From assembly GCA_964454305.1 (NCBI GenBank), contig CAYVXX010000004.1, positions 1-62,600 of the forward strand: a DNA stretch of 62,600 nucleotides, in the 5' to 3' direction. Both the position numbers and the translations under genes were made by a program. This document shows positions 56,728 through 62,600 of this stretch, piece after piece. Position 1 is the first letter of the stretch; every line of letters begins with the position of its first letter. The DNA is from an uncultured Syntrophales bacterium (GTDB lineage Bacteria; Desulfobacterota; Syntrophia; Syntrophales; JADFWA01). The notes below the pieces were generated by a model, which saw only the letters and a list, made by a program, of their open reading frames with translations, was not told where the DNA came from and did no database searches.

Positions 56728-57402
56728 TTATCTGTTTCGCATGTCATAGATTTCAACTCCCGGCGGCGGCGTGAATATAAAGAAAGTATCCAGGAGCTTA
56801 GTGTTTGTGTTCATGTTCTTGAATATGATTTGCGTAACATTTCCATAAATGTCTGTAAGAGAAAACTCCATTATCTGAAAATTGCTTTTGTTCACGACAA
56901 GCAGTATCTTTTCAATACCGGCCCCAAAACCTCTGGGGATTAAGTCAAGAATATAATTGCCTTCTTCATCGGTCGCGGTGGGTTGGGAAAAGTTGACTTG
57001 AAAATCGTCCTTGAGTTTTCCTATGCCGGAAAGGAATCTTATTGTCAGCTTTGAATTGAAAATTGTTTTGGCGTCCTGGATATAAACAAGACTGTCCTCT
57101 GGAATATAGAACCACGCGATTTGTGGATTTATTACCAGTTCTTTTAAGTCCGGCTTAGTGTAAACCCAGCGCATCCTTTTCGGTTTTTTGAAATATACTG
57201 TTCCTTCTTCCGTTTCAGTCTTGCTGATAGATTTAATGGTTGCTTTCTGAATGAACTTTGCCTCAATATTCTCTGCCCTTTCATACCTCTCCTGTAGTTT
57301 TTCTATCAGATCATTCAGTGATACGGATTCTGCATGTGCCGGTAAAACAAGGAAAAATATGAGCAACCATCCCGCTGTCACAAATTTTTTTGAAAAAATC
57401 AT
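56728..57402 (-). CDS. lolA: Outer-membrane lipoprotein carrier protein LolA
   Basis: Signal peptide plus LolA-like F.Q......S......G.......P...RW pattern (FIQKATIKS...GTVYFKKPKRMRW). Confidence 0.8.
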   Translation of the reverse strand: MIFSKKFVTAGWLLIFFLVLPAHAESVSLNDLIEKLQERYERAENIEAKFIQKATIKSISKTETEEGTVYFKKPKRMRWVYTKPDLKELVINPQIAWFYIPEDSLVYIQDAKTIFNSKLTIRFLSGIGKLKDDFQVNFSQPTATDEEGNYILDLIPRGFGAGIEKILLVVNKSNFQIMEFSLTDIYGNVTQIIFKNMNTNTKLLDTFFIFTPPPGVEIYDMRNR

Positions 57403-57630
57403 CGTAAAAACCCTGAAAATGGCACACTTTTTTCAAACAGTTAATAAGTATGGTTAAAAACCGGAATAATACATGGTGGTTAGGGGCAAAACGACATATC
57501 TTATTGTAATAATTGAACTTATGTTTTGCTCAAACCGCATGCAATCTGGTATAAGATGGCAAGAATGTAGCACTTACACCCCTTGTTAACAAAGTTATCA
57601 ACAATCATATCCACACACCTGTGGATGCAG

Positions 57631-58704
57631 CTATGATATCTTTATCCTCCAGCCAAATGGGTCCTCCTTTTCCCCGTATTGAATCTGAAGTATCTCATTG
57701 TACAGCCTTTCGGTCAGGTGACCTGTTTTTCCGTTATTGATGATATGTTCTTTTCCTTTGTAATATATTTGTCCCACAGGGGAGATAATCGCAGCGGTTC
57801 CTGAGGCGAAGGCCTCCTTCAGACTTCCGTTGGCAGATGCCGCTATGATTTCATCAATAGACAATTGTTTTTCAGATACATTGAATTCCCAGTTCCTTGC
57901 TATCTGAATAACGGAATCCCTTGTAACGCCGGGAAGGATAGACCCTGAAAGGGGAGGGGTTATCAGCTCGTCGTCTATCACAAAGAAGATGTTACTTGTC
58001 CCGACCTCTTCAATATATTTTCTTTCAACGGCATCGAGCCACAGCACCTGTGTATATCCCATTTCACCTGCCAGTTTACTTGCATACAGGCTGGCGGCGT
58101 AATTGCCGGCCGCTTTGCAGTATCCTATTCCACCGCGAACCGATCGGACATATTCCTCACTGACATATATCTTGGTCGGACTGAAGCCCTCCGGGTAATA
58201 TGCCCCCACGGGTCCGACAATAATAAAAAAGAGATATTCACCGGAAGTGTGAAGACCGATAGCCGCCTCGGTAGCGATCATCGTTGGCCTTATGTATAAA
58301 GATGTACCGCTGCCATGAGGTATCCAGTTTTTATCCAGGAGAACCAGTTTCTTCAGTGCTTCCATGACAACGTCAATTTCCATTTCGGGCATGCATAGCC
58401 TCTCGGCAGAGGCGTTGAGACGTTTAAAATTCTCTTCAGGCCTGAAGAGGTAGATCGAATCGTCTTTTGCGCGATATGCCTTCATGCCTTCAAAGATTTC
58501 CTGTCCGTAATGGAGACACATTGCCGAGGGATCGAGACTGAGCATTCTGTAGGGTTCTATGGCAGCATCATGCCATCCCTTTTTCTGGTTGAATTTCATG
58601 GTGAAAAAATGATCGGTGAATATTTTGCCAAACCCCAATTTGGATTCATCGACAGGTTTTGCCTTCATTTTTTCAGTGGCAACTCGTGTAATACTAATCT
58701 CCAT
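57631..58704 (-). CDS. ilvE: Branched-chain amino acid aminotransferase
   Basis: 357 aa. Class IV aminotransferase (GIGYCKAAGNYA, EVGTSNIFFV, GVTRDSV). Confidence 0.93.
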   Translation of the reverse strand: MEISITRVATEKMKAKPVDESKLGFGKIFTDHFFTMKFNQKKGWHDAAIEPYRMLSLDPSAMCLHYGQEIFEGMKAYRAKDDSIYLFRPEENFKRLNASAERLCMPEMEIDVVMEALKKLVLLDKNWIPHGSGTSLYIRPTMIATEAAIGLHTSGEYLFFIIVGPVGAYYPEGFSPTKIYVSEEYVRSVRGGIGYCKAAGNYAASLYASKLAGEMGYTQVLWLDAVERKYIEEVGTSNIFFVIDDELITPPLSGSILPGVTRDSVIQIARNWEFNVSEKQLSIDEIIAASANGSLKEAFASGTAAIISPVGQIYYKGKEHIINNGKTGHLTERLYNEILQIQYGEKEDPFGWRIKIS

Positions 58705-58926
58705 ACCTGTTTTCCTCCCTTGTAATATAAAGATAAAATGTAGCTCCTCGGTGGTCCTTTTTTATTTATTGCAGTGTGGGCCATAAATTAAGAGCCTTGG
58801 GTAAGTTCTGCAAAGCCTTTTGATTCGCCAAAGCGACAAAGACTATATACACAACAGGAGACTTATGTAAAGTGTTGAATGTCAGCCGATGCTCACTCCG
58901 ATACGTATTTCGAGCAGGATATCGTT

Positions 58927-59008
58927 TTGAACCCATGTGATGGGGAAACAAATTATTTGACCGGGAACGCACCCGCAGGCCCCGCCCTGTGGGCGGGGAG
59001 ATTCACAT
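58927..59008 (+). repeat. Divergent family-A element (A6)
   Basis: TTGAAC...CCCCGCCC-TGT-GGGCGGGG-AGATTCACAT. Confidence 0.45.
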
Positions 59009-59291
59009 TCTTACGCCCTTATCATGCTGTATTTTATAAAGAATTGTTTATAACATATCTTTTGTTTGGATTAAATTTAAAGAGAAGTTGCACGCGAATT
59101 GGCGAGGGAATTTAAATGGTACGAGCACAGAATCGGATAAAGCTCACCTTATATCGGTATCGTTTCGTCCTGGCAATATGTATCATGCTGGTCGCTTTTG
59201 CATAAGTTTCTGTTGTTCTTGGACTTTGTAATTAAGGCGCTATTTAGGTGAGGTTGTATTTAACGGGGTTTTTGCCGGACCTGGTGCCGAG

Positions 59292-59930
59292 TTAAATCAT
59301 TCTCCTGTCAAGGCTCCTGTACTGGATGGCTTCTGAGATATGGTAAGAATGGACATTTTTTTCTTCTTCGAGGTCTGCGATGGTTCGTGCGACTTTCAGA
59401 ATCCTCGTGTAAGCCCTGGCGCTGAGTCCCAGTCTGTCCACCGCCATTTCAATCAAACGTTCTGAATCCTCGTCAATCTGGCAAAATTCCTTGATTTGCC
59501 TGTTGGACATCCGGGCATTACACATGGTATTTTCATTATTAAATCTCTTTTTCTGCAAGTCTTTTGCCCTGTTAACCCGTTCACGGATTGACGTGGACGC
59601 CTCTCCGCCGGACTCTGCGGCTAAATCCCTGTATCTTATGGATGGGACATCTATATGTATATCGATTCTGTCAAGGAGGGGCCCGGAGACTCTGGCCTGA
59701 TATTGACGTATCTGCTGGGGTGTGCACCTGCACTCTTTGCGGGGATCGGTATAGTAGCCGCAGGGGCACGGATTCATCGCCGCTACCAGCATAAACTTTG
59801 CCGGGTATGTTGCCGTCAGAGACGATCTTGTTATGGTAACCTGTCCATCTTCCAGAGGCTGTCTTAGAACCTCCAGAACATTTTTTTTGAATTCCGGGAG
59901 TTCATCGAGGAAGAGTACTCCATGATTGCG
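59292..59930 (-). pseudogene. comM: comM/yifB (Mg-chelatase-like competence ATPase), 3' fragment only
   Basis: The reading frame carries [32 protein letters not shown]...[16 protein letters not shown] and continues to the C-terminus. About 300 N-terminal residues, including Walker A, are missing. Homology ends near 59925-59935 and an in-frame stop lies at 59955. Confidence 0.85.
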
Positions 59931-60164
59931 GGCTGCTTCTAAATAATGGCTGGCCTAACAGCTATTCAACCGATTCCGGTAATTTCGTAACCCCCCTATA
60001 TCGTTATCAAATATGCAACTCACGTGGCACTGGTTAGACGACAAAACCTGTTATGTTACCTAAACCTGACGCACAGAAATCTATATATAGGAATTTACGT
60101 CAAAACTGCAAGGGAACTATTAAGATATTCCGCATGAGACCTGATTTCAAGGAGCGGTAATTGT

Positions 60165-61241
60165 ATGGCTGATAAAAAGAACCGAGACACAATACAGGGC
60201 GAATTGAGTAGAGCATGCGTGGAAATAAGCAAGATTAATTTCTCAGGTAATATTATCCCAAAGAATTGGTTCAAGTCAATCAAATTCCCTTCTGGCAAGG
60301 CAGATCTACTGGCAATTAATATTCTTGCGGAGGTTGTCTACTGGTACAGGCTGGTAGAGGTTTGCGATGAAGCAACGGGAAAGGTGATTGGATACAAACA
60401 AAGGTTCAAGGCGGATAAGCTCCAGAGAAGTTATCAGAGCTTCGCCGATATGTTCGGGGTTTCGAAGCTACAAGTCAAGCGAGCAATGGACAGACTGAAA
60501 GGCAAAGGGCTGGTGAAAATAGAGTTTAGAACCATCAAAACAAAGGACATGTGTATAAACAATGTTTGCTTCATCGAGCCAGTCTCAGCAGCCATAGAAG
60601 ATATCACCCGCCAAGTAACCCCCTCCTTACTTCAAAGTAAAGAGGGGGTTACTTTAAAGTTAACACCTCCTTACTTTAAACGTAGGACGTATACAAAGAT
60701 TACTACAGAGAATACAAATACTACTTCTTCTAAAGAAGAAGAGTCATCTCCCCCCTCTCATACCAAAAGTTTATCTCAAGATATATTGGACCCCGACAAA
60801 AAAGAAAACATTATTGCCCTTAACAAAGAAGATAAGCGTCCGGCCTCACCACAGGAAATAGTTGAGTTGTGGAACTCTATCTGCGGCCTTGCCGGACTAC
60901 CCAAGGTTGTCAGGCTGACTAAACAGCGGAGCGGTAATATTTCCAGACGTATCAGGGAATACGGCAGCGACCCGGTATTCTGGGAGGGGCTATTCCGGAA
61001 AATTATCCAGACTCCGTTTCTGATGGGCAATAATGATCGTGGGTGGAGAGCAGATATAGACTTCGTGTTTGGTAACGATACAAACATATCGAAGATTCTT
61101 GAGGGTAAGTACGAAGGGGGATCGCAAGGGAAAAATACCGGCTTAACCGGTCAGATTCAAGGTGTTTATAACGCAATGGAGAAAATTAAACAAAGAAACG
61201 AAGAAGGGAGGACCGAGGATGAAAGAAAAAGTTTTTTGTAA
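60165..61241 (+). CDS. Phage-type replication/DNA-binding protein (winged-helix)
   Basis: 358 aa. wHTH-like FADMFGVSKLQVKRAMDRLKGKGLV. The C-terminal WRADIDFVFGNDTNISKILEGKY segment resembles phage replication-protein C-termini. Confidence 0.5.
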   Translation: MADKKNRDTIQGELSRACVEISKINFSGNIIPKNWFKSIKFPSGKADLLAINILAEVVYWYRLVEVCDEATGKVIGYKQRFKADKLQRSYQSFADMFGVSKLQVKRAMDRLKGKGLVKIEFRTIKTKDMCINNVCFIEPVSAAIEDITRQVTPSLLQSKEGVTLKLTPPYFKRRTYTKITTENTNTTSSKEEESSPPSHTKSLSQDILDPDKKENIIALNKEDKRPASPQEIVELWNSICGLAGLPKVVRLTKQRSGNISRRIREYGSDPVFWEGLFRKIIQTPFLMGNNDRGWRADIDFVFGNDTNISKILEGKYEGGSQGKNTGLTGQIQGVYNAMEKIKQRNEEGRTEDERKSFL

Positions 61242-61746
61242 AAACTTCAGTGTCATGTTTGCGGTACTTAAGCACAAGAACGCGAACATGGAAGAGGTGG
61301 AAGCTAAGACACGAATCTACTACGAGTGCCTCAAGGATATTCCTGATGACCTGTGGGATGAAACAGTAAAAACTATTTTATTTACACAGGATTTCTTCCC
61401 AACGATAAACGAAATACGCAGGGTTAGCTGTGGACTGATAATGAAACTGGAAGGACGACCCTTTGCGGAGGATGCCTGGACAGAGGCGCTTACGGGGATC
61501 CAAAGAGGGATAGGTGATAATAACTTTAGTCACCCCGATATCGGGGATGCGATATCTGCTGTGGGGGGGCGAGATAAAGTTGGTTATGCATCCCTTGGAT
61601 ACGAACTCGACATATATCGAAGACGTTTTGTCGAGTACTATAACCAGCTTGCCCAGGATAGGCAAAAATCTGAATTTGTACCCGCTATGATTGATGGCGG
61701 TAGCGGTGGTAAGAAAAAACTTCGTTTAGTGGGGAGGCAAGCATAG
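61219..61746 (+). CDS. Phage protein, possibly helicase-loader-like
   Basis: 175 aa, with GGAGGA upstream of ATG 61219. Its position after the replication protein suggests the role. There is no firm motif. Confidence 0.3.
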   Translation: MKEKVFCKNFSVMFAVLKHKNANMEEVEAKTRIYYECLKDIPDDLWDETVKTILFTQDFFPTINEIRRVSCGLIMKLEGRPFAEDAWTEALTGIQRGIGDNNFSHPDIGDAISAVGGRDKVGYASLGYELDIYRRRFVEYYNQLAQDRQKSEFVPAMIDGGSGGKKKLRLVGRQA

Positions 61747-61748
61747 AT

Positions 61749-62306
61749 ATGAACGGTCAATCTGATTCCGAAAATTTGGATATTAAATATGCGATGGACT
61801 GGATTGCTAAAAACAAGAACAGCATTAAATCAAAGTCCTTTCGGGCATCAATGATATCACCCTATGACACAGATGATTTTATCCAGACAGCCTACTGTGC
61901 CGCTATGAAAGTCGTTGAAGATTTTCCAGGAGACCGGAAGAATTTCAAAAAGCACTTCTGGAGGTCTTTCTGGTCAGAATTAAAGAAAATGACCAGTAGA
62001 TCTGTTCCTACATATGTTTGCGATGAGGAAATAGATGCTTCTTTGCGCATACTTTCCCGCGAGATTAAATTAGAAAACAAACAAAATGAAATCGAGGATG
62101 ATGCAGGTATGCGGGGTACCGTACAGACTATGACATCAAGGCAGACGGAGGTATGGCAAGAATTGTTAAATCCGGGGCGTTATACGTCTCGTGATGTGGC
62201 AGGTACAACCCACAGGGCCGCCAGAGCAGCAAAGTGTATGGGAACACGGCATGTATATGTCAGAAGAGAACGTTATCGGCAAGTTAGGGGGGAGGTAGCA
62301 GCGTGA
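61749..62306 (+). CDS. Phage protein with weak sigma-factor-like features
   Basis: DDFIQTAYCAAMK (region 2-like) and MTSRQTEVWQELL (region 4-like). Weak evidence. Confidence 0.3.
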   Translation: MNGQSDSENLDIKYAMDWIAKNKNSIKSKSFRASMISPYDTDDFIQTAYCAAMKVVEDFPGDRKNFKKHFWRSFWSELKKMTSRSVPTYVCDEEIDASLRILSREIKLENKQNEIEDDAGMRGTVQTMTSRQTEVWQELLNPGRYTSRDVAGTTHRAARAAKCMGTRHVYVRRERYRQVRGEVAA

Positions 62307-62600
62307 AAATCAGCCTTGATATTCCCTGGAACGTTCCCAGCAAGAAGAACGGGTATGAGGTGAGGTTTAACAGGAACTTCTGGAATGAGATAAGCAGGAC
62401 AGCTGCAATGTTTCGTATGTCCAGGCAGAAAACCTATTGGATCGGTCCCTCAAAGACCGTGAAAGATTTTGAGAAAAATATGTCTGTCTATTTTGCCTGC
62501 GCGTGCCCTGATTTCGGCTCAAGACCTGTCTCCGTTAATATCTTGACAGGACAACGCAACGACGTTGATAACCTGCCCGGTGCTATCCTTGATGCGCTTC
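62303..62600 (+). CDS. rusA: RusA-family Holliday junction resolvase (partial; runs off the window)
   Basis: My own translation from GTG 62303: VKISLDIPWNVPSKKNGYE...GQRNDVDNLPGAILDAL. This matches RusA LPWPPSxN and the catalytic DxDNxxKxxxDAL pattern. Confidence 0.7.
   Translation, partial: MKISLDIPWNVPSKKNGYEVRFNRNFWNEISRTAAMFRMSRQKTYWIGPSKTVKDFEKNMSVYFACACPDFGSRPVSVNILTGQRNDVDNLPGAILDAL

Larger units (their letters stand above)
59931..62600 (+). mobile_element. End of an integrated phage-like element (continues beyond the window)
   Basis: It interrupts comM and carries co-directional replication-type, sigma-like and RusA genes with overlapping stops and starts. Confidence 0.6.

Noticed and set aside
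58879-59115. A 78-aa ORF in the ilvE-comM spacer
   Set aside because: It runs through repeat A6, so its middle is hairpin-derived. It has no RBS and an unremarkable composition.

Overview
This 62.6-kb chromosomal window is mostly core housekeeping genes. The gene content looks like a Deltaproteobacteria/Desulfobacterota-type anaerobe, but that is inference only. Clearly recognisable genes are: atpE, ribD, argS, ffh-rpsP-KH-rimM-trmD-rplS-rnhB-yraN-rsmI, pgsA, tRNA-Val(GAC), thrS-infC-rpmI-rplT-pheS-pheT-ihfA, HPr/EI, a PlsB-like acyltransferase, mutS, nadD, proA, lolA and ilvE.

There are two accessory regions. (1) A type IV pilus minor-pilin/PilY1 operon (5.5-12.4 kb) sits behind a Crp-family regulator gene and a perfect TGTGA-N6-TCACA palindrome. 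(2) At the right end, comM is truncated at about 59.93 kb by a phage-like element carrying a replication protein and RusA.

The most unusual signal is non-coding. Almost every larger intergenic spacer is filled by a few repeat families:
- Family A has at least 7 copies. It is a modular element with a 5' box TTGAACTGAACAGCGAGCG and a 3' GC hairpin CCCCGCAACTTGTTGCGGGG plus tail AGCTTCAAT. Copies show compensatory stem changes.
- Family B has 3 copies plus a solo end. These are MITE-like elements with CTCGTAAAAAGTC inverted termini and unrelated cores.
- Families C and D are long palindromes whose arms are tandem short words (AGTGCCTAAAGT, 10 exact copies; heptamers such as GCTGAAT). Some have a B element or a terminator nested in the loop.

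None of these is a CRISPR array. Whether they are mobile DNA, structured RNAs, uptake-signal-like words or regulatory palindromes cannot be decided from this window. I found no recognisable defence system and no clearly novel protein-coding system.
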